From IMG/VR virus record IMGVR_UViG_3300034061_003767: DNA of 64,000 nucleotides. The stretch is one strand, 5' to 3'. Source of the DNA: an uncultured virus (IMG/VR IMGVR_UViG_3300034061_003767) (taxonomy: Duplodnaviria > Heunggongvirae > Uroviricota > Caudoviricetes). The notes beneath the pieces are model-generated. The model was not told the origin of the DNA. It worked only from the letters and a program-made list of their open reading frames with translations, and searched no databases. Every line of letters begins with the position of its first letter. Position 1 is the first letter of the stretch. Below are positions 16,627 to 29,235 of this stretch, one piece after another. The translations under genes and the position numbers were made by a program.

Positions 16627-16668
16627 AAGAGCCGCCGTAGGGGTAATGCCCTGCGGCGGTTTCTTTTT
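16627..16668 (+). terminator. Intrinsic terminator
   Basis: GCCGCCGTAGGG-GTAATG-CCCTGCGGCGGT followed by TTCTTTTT. Confidence 0.85.
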
Positions 16669-18308
16669 ATACCATGACTGCCAAAACGGCAGACGGCCCG
16701 CGGCGCCTGTCAAGATGGCAGATCGAGATTTTGTCAAAGAATCTCAAAAAGGTTGCTTGCTACTCCAGGGGTTAGACGATACAATGGAGGCGTAAGTCGT
16801 TATCTGTCAAGGGTTTACGACTAATATTAGTAGAAGAGATTAGATGAAATCTTTTCTATAAAATATATAGATGATCACCAACCCAATTTACTTGGATTAC
16901 CCAATCCTACGGATTTGCGGTCTTGGCGATAGTCAGCGAAAGAAAGGGTCACTATGAAAGTTTATGTAGTATTTGATTTCCCTGAGATATCGGACGTTAA
17001 TAGTCCAGAAGCAGATTTTGCTATTGATAGTCTCAGTGAAGATTTGACCGGGTTTGCTAGAGATGGTGAATATGAGTGGTATATTGATGATGCAGAAGGA
17101 GGAACTAATGGCTAATAAATATGTTAAGTATTTTACTGCTACTATTAAAGTAGAGGGTGACTCTGATGAGGCGATCAATCATATCGGTCGCAATATTCAA
17201 AACTGGATTGATGATACTCTGATTGATGATACTATTTTTACTGATGGTAGTGGTGATGCTATTATGGTTTCTTGGAGGGAAAATAATGGATGAAATTATT
17301 AGGGCGATTAATGATAGTCTGGATAATGCTAAAACCAAACTAACATGGTACTCTATTACTGGGGATAGTCAGTATATGGATGAGTGTAAAGAATGGCAAA
17401 ATATTGCTAGTATCTATATGAATCAACTTATCATGGAGCAGAAGAATGAAAGTTGTGCAAGTACAAATTGAATTGGTTATTAATGATGATGTAACCGATA
17501 AGCAGGATATTGCTGTTTATCTTACTGATAGATTGTATAGTGATCCTGAATTCTTTGGGGATTTTGGTCCTGAGAATATTTTATCTGTAAAGGAATTTGA
17601 ATGAGATACGATCCTGAATATAACAGTTATAAGTTTAGCAGTGAAGAGCTTATCCATATTGTTGATGGGTTAAATTTTTATAAACTTTATTCTCCTCTAG
17701 AAGATAAGTTTGCTAAAAGTATTGAGATCCTTATTCATAATCTTATTAAGAGTACCAAGATGCCTATGAGTCAGTAACCAGTGTGTTGTGTGTTCGTTCT
17801 TATGATAATCGTGTGGGTCTGAAAAGTCAAGCAGTGGTATGTTATGTTGTAAAGGAGTATAGGTTCTAGTTACTAGTATCTTACTCTATTCACATTACTT
17901 ACACTTATCACTACTCACTGACCTAGATATTATTACTTAACTGCTCTGCATAATATATCCCCCTCCAGAGATACCCTGTCAAGTAGCGAAACCCGCTTAA
18001 TAAAAAATAGTTTTAGTGGGTTGGATTTGTAAGTCGTTTAGTATCAAAGGGTTGCGTCAGATCGGCCGATATGGTATGATACAGTGTGTGTTCAAACCGT
18101 TTGTAAAGGATGTTAATGACTATTGTTCTTATTGCTAGTTGTGTTATTGGTATTATGAATGGTCTTGCTGTGGTTAAAAATGGTTAGTAGTTTTTGAATG
18201 AGATATTCTGGTATTAGTATGTTTGCCCAACGCTATTGTTTTTAACTTTCATCATTAGCAAACTTGACTATACCACAATCTCATTGGTTGTCAAATAACA
18301 AAACAGGA

Positions 18309-18395
18309 GGAGAGATGGCTGAGTGGACTATAGCAACGGTTTACTAAACCGTCGAGGGTTAAAATCCTCCGGGGGTTCGAATCCCTCTCTCTCCG
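18309..18395 (+). tRNA. trnS: tRNA-Ser(ACT), rare A34 anticodon
   Basis: GGAGAGA/TCTCTCC-G; long variable arm; ACGGT-TT ACT AA-ACCGT. Confidence 0.9.
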
Positions 18396-18450
18396 TTGTA
18401 TTACCTAATATATTAAGTTTGCTTTGGTTGCTCATAGTCAGCGAAGTTTT

Positions 18451-18522
18451 GCAACAGTAACTCAATGGTAGAGTGAAAGATTTCCAATCTTTATGTTGAG
18501 GGTTCAAGTCCCTTCTGTTGCT
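18451..18522 (+). tRNA. trnG: tRNA-Gly(TCC)
   Basis: Cloverleaf; AAAGA-TT TCC AA-TCTTT; U73. Confidence 0.93.
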
Positions 18523-18932
18523 TAGTCTCACCCAATATAATAGGTTTGGTTTTTTTGGTCGTAGTCAGCGAAAGTCGGGGGCTTATGATAGCATATGTAT
18601 TAGATAAAGAGATTACTGGGGAAAAAATTTTGCAGGATATAAATGGTTTAATAAATAAGTTTAAACAAACGAATCCACAAAATATTCCTATCCTAACTAT
18701 ATCCATAAAAACTATTAGTCACGAAGATACTAGTCTCATTCCTAAGTTAGAACACAAGGTTTGTTCTACCTAATATATCAAGTTTGCCCAGGTTGCTCGT
18801 AGTCAGCGAGTTTTATCATCATGAATAGTCTTGGATATTTTAGGGATTATGGGTGGCTAATAATTTTTTTCACATTAATATACTATATGACTACCATTTC
18901 TTATCTGCATTACTACTTAGAGAGAAAAGACC

Positions 18933-21900
18933 ATGACTGAAGAATTTCACAAACCTTTTGTTAAAAGTTTACTAATAGTTGCTTTTGCCACAGTAGTTGC
19001 TATGATTTCTAGTAGATATGTGGCCAATCATTATGCAAATACTAAATTTTACCCTGCAAAAACCATAGAATACTCCTCTCAAAAATCCCAAGAACAAGTA
19101 TATTCATCAGTTGTTGAGTAAATACAAGGCACTTCTGCATAATATTGTCCTATTTTTACTTATTGAATATAGCGGTCATCTAAAACGGATTAAAGGCCAC
19201 ATTAGGAAATGGCCGATAATACCCCTTGACAACCCATCTGGTTCATGGTATACTGGTACTGGTAGTAATGGTATTTTTCTTAATAGGTATAGGTAAAAAT
19301 GTATAGGAATGTATTGTTGACCGATAAAGAAATCGCTCTACTCAAGACTATTATTAGCCAAACTCTACATGAAAAAATCGTTCCCCAAGCACAAAATTTG
19401 ACCATTATTCATAACAGGTTACGAGAAATCAAGCCTCTAGTTTCTAATAATCAATTCTTTAATTATGGTAAATAGGGATGTAATGGGCAAGAAATCAAAA
19501 CAATCAGATGTTATTGGGCCTCATACCCACAAATATGGTAAAATGCAAGGTAATGAGATGATTGATGGACGACTTATTCTACGAATGATTGGGTCTTATA
19601 AGTTTAAGAAAGTGGCTTACTTCGATAGTTATCTTGAGGCTAATAGGGTGTTCTATGAATGGTTGGAGGAAAATAAATGAAACAATCTTTGTGGAACTGG
19701 CTTTTCCTCTCATGTGCTATAAGTATTATTATTTTTCTTGCAGAAATAGTTTTGCTATTAGAGAAACTTGGAAATAACAAATGAACATTAATCTTGACAA
19801 ACCTAATATCAAAAAGGGTTTCAAACCCACCAAATCAGAATCCTTCCCTATTAATGCTGATGGTTTGGTAATGTATTTGTATACTGCTGGTGATAATGGT
19901 AATAGGTATACAAGAGTAGAGTTTAATGACTATTCTACCTATAATGATTATATTATGATAATGGATAGAGAAGCCTTAAAGGGAATGGCCGATTTTATCA
20001 ATAACTATCTGGAGAAAAATTATGAAAACTAAATTTCCACAAGAATTATATGATTTACTTAATCTTCAATTTCATGCTGCAACCACTAGCAATAGTTGTA
20101 AAATACTGCCTACATTCGATAAGGACAAAGAAGGAGATCTATCAATAAGTATATGTTTTAATGGAATCTCAATAATCTTAAATGATAACGGAACATGGTA
20201 TTATTCAAAACCAACCAATAATTGATAATTTTACACTTATAGGAGAAAAGAAATGAACAGAAGAAGTCTTATTAAATCTTTGTTGCCAATAACGGCTGGG
20301 TTTTTACTTTTTAAGAACGTATATGGTGAGCATGAATCATACCTTTACAAAGGTAAAAAACTTATTGTTGTACCATCAGATACTCTTTATAATATCTGTC
20401 AGAAGAAAAAAGAACCGAAGTTTCTTCCTAAATTTCAATCTAATGATAGTATCATAGACGAAATGAAAATCTTTGTTGATATGTGCAAAGAGTATAACCA
20501 GAAACTTGGATATGAAGTATATGGCTGTGTTCATAAAGACGGGAATTATTCGGTAGTCTCATTCATTGATTCACATATTAATGATAACATTTTTATCTAT
20601 CTTAAACGGTCTGTTATTAAAACTAATTTGACATAAACAAATATTGGAGAATAACTAATAATAACTATACCTCGTTGGGAATATTACTTACTTTATTTCA
20701 TTGCGTTTATGCAGTGTTTAAAATTTATAGATAGGATTTTTACACAATGAATAATCCAACATTATCAGACGATATTCTTTACGCCATTAGTTGTGTTCAA
20801 GACTATAGGGCTACTATAGATACTGATTGTGAAGTTGGTGGTCATGTTTATGACACTATTAGTCATCGAATTGACCGATTAATGGATTTTTATTATATGT
20901 TAACAGGATTTAATCCACATAATATTAGACAAATTAATTTAAATGAGATTGACTAAAGTCTTATGAAACTCTCCAAAGAAGAAATAGATAGCCTAATTGT
21001 TAATGATATTCTTATTGGTAATCATTTTAAGGTGGGATATTTAGAACTATATCCAGAACTATCTGAAGATATTGCCGTAGGAATCTCTTGTATGCAAGAC
21101 TATAGAGATACTATTGATTGGGAGGATCAAGAAAGATGTAACGATATCGCAATACGAATTAGTAGACTATTACAATTTTATCACAAGATATGGGAAATAA
21201 GTCATAGAACTTGATTATCTCGGGGAAAAAAAATGAGTCACCTAAACCAGCAAGATTTGAATGATATAAAGAGCATTGTCGAAGAAGTTCAAAGAATGAC
21301 TATAGATTTTGATCTTAGTTACGATCAAGGATATGTAGCAGAATTACTTTATGATGTTGATATGAGTATGAGAGCAATATTAGAGATCATTAATGGGCCA
21401 AGTGGTACTGTTGAGAGAATGATATGAGTTCTAAAGAACAAATTTTTAATAGTTATGATGAAGCACATAAGCATAGTTTAACTGTGCCTTGGAAACTAGA
21501 AACTTGTAATGGGGGAGAAGAATGTTGGTGCAGGATGATTGTGCCAATCGAACCAATCAAATATCTTAATAAGATTGGGGATACTGAACGAATTGATGAA
21601 ATTGATTATATTATTCCAGATGGTAGTATAGATAAAGAAACAGCGGAATATTTCGTTGATTTACACAACAGAGAAATAGAAACAGAGAAACTTCATAAAA
21701 TTCAAAAACAAAGATTAGGATTGTGTTGACAAACCCAAAACTTCTGTTAAACTACATCCATCATGAATACCGATAAACAAACTAATGTTGGTCAAGAGTT
21801 GGTCGAGAGGCTACAAAATCTGAATAAGATGCTTGATGTTATAAGATCAGCAGAGGTTGATACTTTGGAATTGCCCGAAATAAATGACAAGAATAAATCT

Positions 21901-22791
21901 ATTGTAAAACCTAAAAAATTGCCTAAAAGAAAGAAATGAAATGACCGTAAACCATGATAAAATTCAGTTAGCACTTAAAGCGATTGATGTAAATCAAGAA
22001 AATTTGAAGAAATATTTTTATGAAATGATTATTGACTCTCTGTATCTCATGCACAAAAATATGAAAGATAAGAAAAAGTGGGGAATACCACATAATAAAG
22101 GCTATTCTCTTGATGATCTGGCAAATCTGTATTTAGTTTTTAGTTCACAACAATCAAAAGATTCTAAAAATGAAGCCCTCAAGCAAACAACTTAAAGTTA
22201 TAGAATTTCTAGAACAACAACTAAAGTTCTGGAAGAATACTAATGATATTGGGTCGCCAACCCATGTTGGTGACATTAGTGAGTTTTCTAGAGCAAATTT
22301 ATACGATGTTTTTTCAGAAGATGAAATTGAGGATGTTGATATATTAACTACCGAATTGTATATAAATATTCTGGAATTAGAGTAATGACTGTTTATATCG
22401 TTGTTGGTGAAAAAGAAAATGTCTATCAAGATGAAATTGATGGGCCTTTTGTATCTCATCCAGATAAAAAAATTGTTAAAGTATTTAGTGATGAGGAAAG
22501 TGCCAGAAAGTTTGTGGCTGACAATAAATTATCCAAAGGTAAGCGTGAGCCTTATGGTGATACCTCTTATTACCATAATGGATACTATGATTTAGAGATT
22601 GAAAGTTGGGATGTAGAATGAATAAACAACAAGAATTATACTCTCATGATCTTTCTTTAAAACAACTGTTACGAGAAGCAGAAGATTTTTGTTATAAGCA
22701 TGATTTAGAATACGACGAGCGAAAAATTATGATAACCACGAACTATGGTAGTAATGTGGTGATATTTTATCAGGACAATAAAAAGAATTAA
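18933..22791 (+). other. Run of short hypothetical CDSs (e.g. 19781-20032, 20022-20225, 20253-20636 with twin-Arg-like N-terminus, 20747-20956, 20963-21214, 21233-21427, 21424-21729, 21941-22195, 22170-22385, 22385-22621)
   Basis: Head-to-tail ORFs with RBSs and overlapping start/stop codons. Confidence 0.7.
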
Positions 22792-22794
22792 ATA

Positions 22795-23304
22795 ATGTCT
22801 CTTATAGTTGTTGATGTTGAAAGCGACGGGCCTATTCCATGTGAATATAGTATGATTTGTTTTGGTGCGGTAGTTTTTGACGAAAATCTTAACAAAACTT
22901 TTTATGGTCAAACAAAGCCTATTTCTAAAAATTATCAACCCGACACATTAAAAATAAGCGGATTTACTAGAGAGCAACATGAAAAATTTGATAATCCATA
23001 TGATGTAATGGTAAGGTTTAGTTATTGGATAAAAGAAAACAGTAAAGGTAAACCCATCTTTATAAGTGACAATCCTTGCTACGATTGGCAGTGGATTAAC
23101 TATTATTTTCATTATTTTATTGGGGAAAATCCTTTTGGATATTCTGGCAGAAGAATTGGCGATCTATTTTGTGGCATGAAATTGGATATGAGATCATCTT
23201 GGAAACATCTTAGAAAAACTATTCACGACCACAATCCAGTAAATGATGCTATAGGTAATGCTGAGGCATTATTGGAAATGAAAAAAATGGGTTTAAAAAT
23301 ATAA
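22795..23304 (+). CDS. DEDDh 3'-5' exonuclease (Rv2179c/RNase T-like)
   Basis: VDVESDG, N..YDWQW, HNPVNDA motifs. Confidence 0.85.
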   Translation: MSLIVVDVESDGPIPCEYSMICFGAVVFDENLNKTFYGQTKPISKNYQPDTLKISGFTREQHEKFDNPYDVMVRFSYWIKENSKGKPIFISDNPCYDWQWINYYFHYFIGENPFGYSGRRIGDLFCGMKLDMRSSWKHLRKTIHDHNPVNDAIGNAEALLEMKKMGLKI

Positions 23305-23305
23305 A

Positions 23306-26300
23306 ATGAACCAACTAATAGGTTATCTAATGGGGCGATTGGGTAAAAGAACTTGTCCTATTATCAAGATAGAACAAGTAGCCGATGTTTCATTTAATTG
23401 TCCTTTTAATATGTGGTATGTAATAGAATTCAAAGATGGAACAACGATTGAATTAATGGAAAAACCTAAACTTGAGTACCCTAATAAGAACCCTACATCT
23501 TGATTACGATCTCGTAGAGGTTCATTACAGCCCTTTATTAAAAAACAAGCCATACCTAGTCAGAGTATATAACTGGGGCGGTTCTGAGCCAGAAGAATTA
23601 AGATTAGAACAAAACGAGATAGATAATCTATGCAAAATTCTCAAAGATAGAAACTTGCTCTAAAGGCTGTATTGACAACTGACGATACTGTAGTATACTA
23701 ACGCTACACCCATTGGAGAAACTTGTGAACTACTACATTGAAAAACACGATATGACAATGATTTTGGATGCTCTAGAATGTTTGAGTGAGCATTTGAAGC
23801 ATTACGAAAATAATAGTCCTAATTATCCTTGGACTGTAGACGAAGTTGATGGTCTTTTTCAGAGTTTTGATAACTCGTTCCATGAGGAAGTTAAATGATT
23901 AAATGTTTTAGTAATGTTGTCGGCCACAAAGAGGCTCAAGAATTGGTTGTTGATTTGAATCAAATGAAGTCCTCAAAGTCTGATCCTTTTTATATTAAGT
24001 ACGATCCAGACCAAGACTACTCCCAAAGCGACAACTATTTGGTGATTGGTAATGTTACCCAAAATGATTGGGATGAACTAAATCTGGATGTAGATTTCAT
24101 GGAAACAGATATTCTTTAAAAGTGACTATTGACAGTTGCCGATAGTTTGATATAGTGATGTTGTCACCCCTTGGAGAAAACATTATGGGAATGGGTAGTT
24201 TTGCTGTTGGATCTTTTGTTATCGAATACAAGGACTTGAAGAAAATCTGTCCCGATGAAATCAAGGCTATTGAAAAGGCTAAATACTTTGATAGTGTTGG
24301 ATGGGGAAATATTGGTCGATGGCTGGCATGGAGCGACAATGACCAAATTATTGATGCTCTACATGATGCTGTGCTTGATGACAAGTCTAAACCTACTATT
24401 CGACTGGAATTGACAGAAGAACAGATTGTGGAAGATATTTTCGATCAATATGAAATTCTTGTAACCAATCTTAAAACTCAGTTTAACAAGAAAACCGGAT
24501 TGAATTTGTATTTTGACCACTATGATGAAGAAGGTGGCGATAGATATGATAATCCGGGCGATAAGGATGGTTGCATTTTCTGTGTAGATGGAATGGTGCA
24601 ACTAACTCCTGTTGGCGAAAAGTTTAAGGATATTATCTCTGAAAGAAAGTGGACACAATATGGGTGATTATCATTGGATGGATAGTGTTAAGAAAATTAT
24701 CAATAGTGTAGCGAAAGGATATAGTGAAACTAAGAGTCCTGTTATTGATCCTTATATTATTCCAGAAATGAGAATCAATAGTATGTATCCCTATACTTTT
24801 GAGCAAACAGTTAAAGTTACTCACTATTCCAAACCTAAACGCCGTGACCCTGCTAGAAATTGGAGAAAACAATAATGTATACTCAATTTGATAGTTCTGC
24901 TATGGAGTGTGCTAGATATATTTTTGATAGCGACTGCGAACAAGTTAGTTATCAAGAATATGTGCAAGATGGAAATGATCCAAGGGATCACATTCTTTAT
25001 CATGCTGCTATTGTTCTAGGTGAAACCGATGATTTTGCTCCAGATATTGATGAGTATTTGAGTATCAAAAATGATTAAACACTTTCCAATTACTAACACC
25101 GATAAGGTTATTGAGCATTATTCACAAAAAGATAATGTTCCTATCATTTATGTTTGTACTACAGATTTTAAAATGAGTGATCGTCCCGTAGATATTTTCT
25201 ATAGAAATACTCCTCATCCAACATTTGGTAACAGATATTTTGGTATCGGTATTAATCATGAAGATGGATCTTATGTTATTTTTAATGCTGACGAAATTGA
25301 AAGTTTCACATTTGGTCTTGTAGAAGATGACGATGGTAATCTTCAATATAGCCAATCTCATCATGAGTATAAAAGTTTTGACAACGGCAATATGATTGAT
25401 GGAGGTAGACGCTACATTAGATCATCTCGTAATAATGTTTCTATTTATGTTGTTCGTGATGGAAAAATGGTCGAGCGACATTTGACAACTTCTGACAGTC
25501 TGGTATAATACATTGTTGTGGTTCGTTGTCTTTTACTTTAGAGGATATTTATGAGTCTTGGTGTTGCTGAAAAGAATGGTAAGTTTGTGGTTACTCAGAA
25601 TGGTCAGCCTATCAATCTTCCTAAGAGCGATGGTCAGGCTATTGTGACTGAATTCAATAGCAAGAGTGATGCCGAAAAGTATATGAGCATACTCAAATCT
25701 CTCAAAAAGAAAAAGTAAAATGGACGCTGAACTCCAAAATCAACTGTACGAAAAGTATCCCGACTTATTTTCCAATAGGAATAAAGGTCGCATGGAATCG
25801 TGTATGTGTTGGGGGTGCGAGGTTGGAAACGGTTGGTATGAATTGTTATCCTCTGTTTGTTGGAGAATTTTTCAACACGAAAGAAATATATCAGAGAGGG
25901 TGCGTGTTAGAACTGAGAATGATAAACCTAACGACAAATCTGACCTAGAGTATTTCCCTGTTAAATTTGACCAAGTGAAAGAAAAGTATGGTGGACTTCG
26001 CATATATTTCAGCGGTGGTGATAATTATGTAGATGGTCTTGTTGGTATGGCGGAAGAATACTCTTATAAAGTGTGTGAAGTTTGTGGCAATGCTGGCAAA
26101 CCCAATAAAGGTGGATGGATAACAACCTTATGTGAAAATTGCAGGAAAGAAACTTGTCAAACAATGCCACAATAACAATTAGCAAACAAGAAGCATGGAG
26201 AATGTTAGATGCTCTTGATGCTTATAAAAAAGATTATAGTGTAAGTGTAGCAGTAAATAAAGTTATAGAATCACTAAGTAAAAAACTTAAAAAGATCGTT

Positions 26301-27319
26301 AAAGAATAATAGTTATGGATAACCTAATAGGAATACTATACGGTAATGAGTATGTAACTAGTTTTAGTATATCATTTACAGAACCAGAAATACTAACAAT
26401 CAAATTTAAAGATGGTTCAACACTAAGACTATGCGAAGTACAACCAGATAAAACGGGAAAAAATAATGAGACAACTAATATTTGACGCTATCTTACTATC
26501 TTTAATAGTCGTATGCTTTTCAAGACTTACATATACTCGTCACAGACTTGAGATGAATGTCATGGTTGTTCAAGGTTTACAGCATCAAATTGATGACCTA
26601 AATAAAAAGTTGGAGGAAAAATGAGTTGGAACTATCGTGTCGTTAAAAAAGTGAATAAAATACCAATTAACTTAAAAAAGAATAATCCTAGTATGGATGA
26701 TTTTGATATCACTTATGAAATCCATGATGTGTATTATGATGAAAGTCTAGATATTGTAAATATTGGAAGAATATCATTTCCTATGGGCGATGATGTTGAG
26801 TCATTACAATGGAGTCTAGAAAGAATGATGGAGGCTTGTAGTAAGCCGGTTATCGACTATAATACTGGAGAAGAAGTCAATGAAGAAAAAGACTAAACTC
26901 AAAACCGCTAAAAAATCTAAACAAAAGATTGATGTTGTAATAGAATCATTAGTTCATCTTGAACAAAGAATGAAGGAACTAATAACTAAAGTAGAAAGTT
27001 TGCATACACAAAGATATTATCATTCACAAAATTCTGAACCAAAAAAATATTGGCCGGTTGATTATCCAAAATATAAAGATGTAACATGGGATACTATTGA
27101 TAAAGGATTACAGTAGTGAATATCGTGCCTATCAATGATAATAATAGTCAATTTGATTTGGTAGAAATTAAGTCTACTAATAGTTGCAATCCAACTCCGC
27201 ATTGTAAAATTCATGGGGCGATGAATTGTGTTGCTGTTCACGATAAGGGAAAACTTTGGAGATGTATTCAGAGCAATCAATTAAAGGATTGTAGAGCAGG
27301 TTGCGAAGAAATACTATGA
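23306..27319 (+). other. Run of short hypothetical CDSs (e.g. 23895-24119, 24185-24667, 25071-25508, 25720-26175, 26621-26896, 26880-27116)
   Basis: ORF track; 25720-26175 has the QVKEKYGGLRIY...CEVCG motif common in phage proteins. Confidence 0.7.
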
Positions 27320-28338
27320 GAAAATTAGCCAGTATACAAACAGTAAAATACGTTAAACCCATTCCAGATGCAGACAGTATAGAAACTGTGGGTGTTTTAG
27401 GTTGGGAGGTTGTGAGTAAGAAGGGTGAATTTAAACCCTGTGATACTTGTGTATTTTTTGAGATTGATAGTTTACTTCCAGAAGTTCCAGAGTTTGAATT
27501 TCTTCGTAAGAGTTGTTGGAATGATAATCTAAAAAAGTATAGACTCAAAACAGTAAAGTTGCGTAAACAACTGTCTCAAGGATTAGCATTACCCACAACT
27601 GTCTTTCCTATACTAGCAGGATTGACTGCTGGGGCTGATGTTACTGATCTATTAGGTGTTGAAAAATATGAACCCCCAATTCCCGCTCAAATAGTAGGAG
27701 ATGCTAAGTCTTTTAGTTGGCCCATAAGCAAAACTGATGAAACGAGAGTACAATTAGATGATGAATATGGATTTATTGAAAGATTAACTGGAGAGCCTTA
27801 TTATATCAGTCTTAAATTAGATGGAACCTCTAGTACATTTTTAATTGATCCTAAAGACGAAACTTATCATGTTTGTGGAAGAAATTTCTCTTATAAAGAA
27901 AATGATTCTCATAACTTTTGGATGCTGAGTAAAAAATATAATATTGAACAAGGATTGAGGAACTTTTGGGAAAAGGGTCACAGATTAGCATTACAGGGAG
28001 AGGTTGTCGGGCCGGGAATACAAAAAAATCCGTTAGGATTAACCCATGCTGATCTTTATATATTTAATGTAGTAGACATTAGAACTGGTCAGAAGTTATG
28101 CTTAGATAAATCTTTAATCGTAACCTCTCAACTTGGTTTGAATTTTGTTCCTATAGTTGACAAAGGCTCAAGTTTCAGTTATACTAAGACCGATCTACTA
28201 GAGATGGCGAAAGGCAAATATAAAACCCATTTTCTTTCTGCAAAAGACTCTCAGGATCGTGAGGGAATAGTAATTAGGAGTATGTGTGGAGAAATTAGTT
28301 TTAAGGCTATTAATAATGATTTTTTGTTAAAAGAATAA
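27316..28338 (+). CDS. ATP-dependent RNA ligase, DRB0094 family
   Basis: MRKLASIQ, KLDGTS (motif I), QGEVVGPGIQKN, EGIVIR, SFKAINNDFLLK. Confidence 0.92.
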   Translation: MRKLASIQTVKYVKPIPDADSIETVGVLGWEVVSKKGEFKPCDTCVFFEIDSLLPEVPEFEFLRKSCWNDNLKKYRLKTVKLRKQLSQGLALPTTVFPILAGLTAGADVTDLLGVEKYEPPIPAQIVGDAKSFSWPISKTDETRVQLDDEYGFIERLTGEPYYISLKLDGTSSTFLIDPKDETYHVCGRNFSYKENDSHNFWMLSKKYNIEQGLRNFWEKGHRLALQGEVVGPGIQKNPLGLTHADLYIFNVVDIRTGQKLCLDKSLIVTSQLGLNFVPIVDKGSSFSYTKTDLLEMAKGKYKTHFLSAKDSQDREGIVIRSMCGEISFKAINNDFLLKE

Positions 28339-29235
28339 GATGTCCAGAATTCCACTAACTCAAGAAACTCAACTAGAAAACTTAAAAGCCCACTACGGAT
28401 TTAGTTTAAATTTTGTGGAAGTTACAATTCCTCTTACAGAAAATGAGATGATTGATATTTGGGGAGAAAATTGTGACGAATACGAACACAGTTGCTCATT
28501 ATGTAGAGCGTGGCATGAGTGGAATACTAATTATCATAAGGTAACGGTAGTCGTATCAAGAGATAGTATTGTTAAGGCAGCAAAGAATGGTTGATTTAAA
28601 ATGGTTTCATCCGTTTAATTTCTTGTTTTATAAAAAACCAAGAATAGATACACATTGGCATCCATCAGACGATCTTTATCAGTATGGTTTTAGTTTAAAC
28701 TTAACTACTGAAATGTATTATTATACTTATGATTGGGGAATCGGATTTAGTTTCAGAATTCTCGGATTTGGTTTTGAGATAACAAAGGTAGGAATATAAT
28801 GAAATATATTTATTCATTAGTTCTATTACTAATACCTATTGGTCAACAGTATGCTTTACAACCAAATACTCCAGTATGGTTTTGCGTACCAGATGAACTT
28901 GGTTGGACAAGAGGAAATGTGGTATATCTATGGGGATATTATCCAATGGTAAGCAGCGAAAAAGGATTAAAAGATTTCAAAGATATTAACTGGGAAATAG
29001 GCTATGAATAGATATAAAATTTGTAAATTTGTTGATGGTAACAACGAAGAATGGTATCAGGTTCGTAAAAGGGGTTTATTGTTCTGGTACTGGATTTCTG
29101 ATTGTGAACTTCTTGGCAGCGGAATACTGCACACAGTTAAAAAGTTTTTCACAATCGAACAAGCAAAAGAATATATCAATAACGACATAAAATACCTTAA
29201 AAGAGGACAGATCAAAAAAGTAGACTGTTTTGATT

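Larger units (their letters stand above)
2788..16721. repeat. 13 dispersed 44-bp double-palindrome elements CTGCCAAAATGGCAG-N14-CTGCCAAAATGGCAG starting at 2788, 3710, 4777, 6055, 6671, 7614, 8848, 10483, 11823, 12449, 13762, 15519, 16678
   Basis: Read directly; invariant 14-nt GC-rich spacer; intergenic or at gene ends, upstream of promoters. Confidence 0.95.
5180..18809 (+). repeat. 8 dispersed directional 39-40-bp elements ending TAGTCAGCGA at 5180-5219, 8015-8053, 10670-10709, 14532-14571, 16901-16939, 18405-18444, 18532-18571, 18770-18809
   Basis: Consensus CYAAT-N7-TTTG-N6/7-KKG-N3/4-RTAGTCAGCGA; same orientation in all copies. Confidence 0.9.

Noticed and set aside
2788..16721. Dispersed repeats as a CRISPR array
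   Set aside because: Copies are 0.6-1.8 kb apart with genes between them, the inner spacer is only 14 nt, and no cas genes are present
16790..18056. XerCD dif site
   Set aside because: No TTATGTTAAAT XerD arm and the central spacing does not fit
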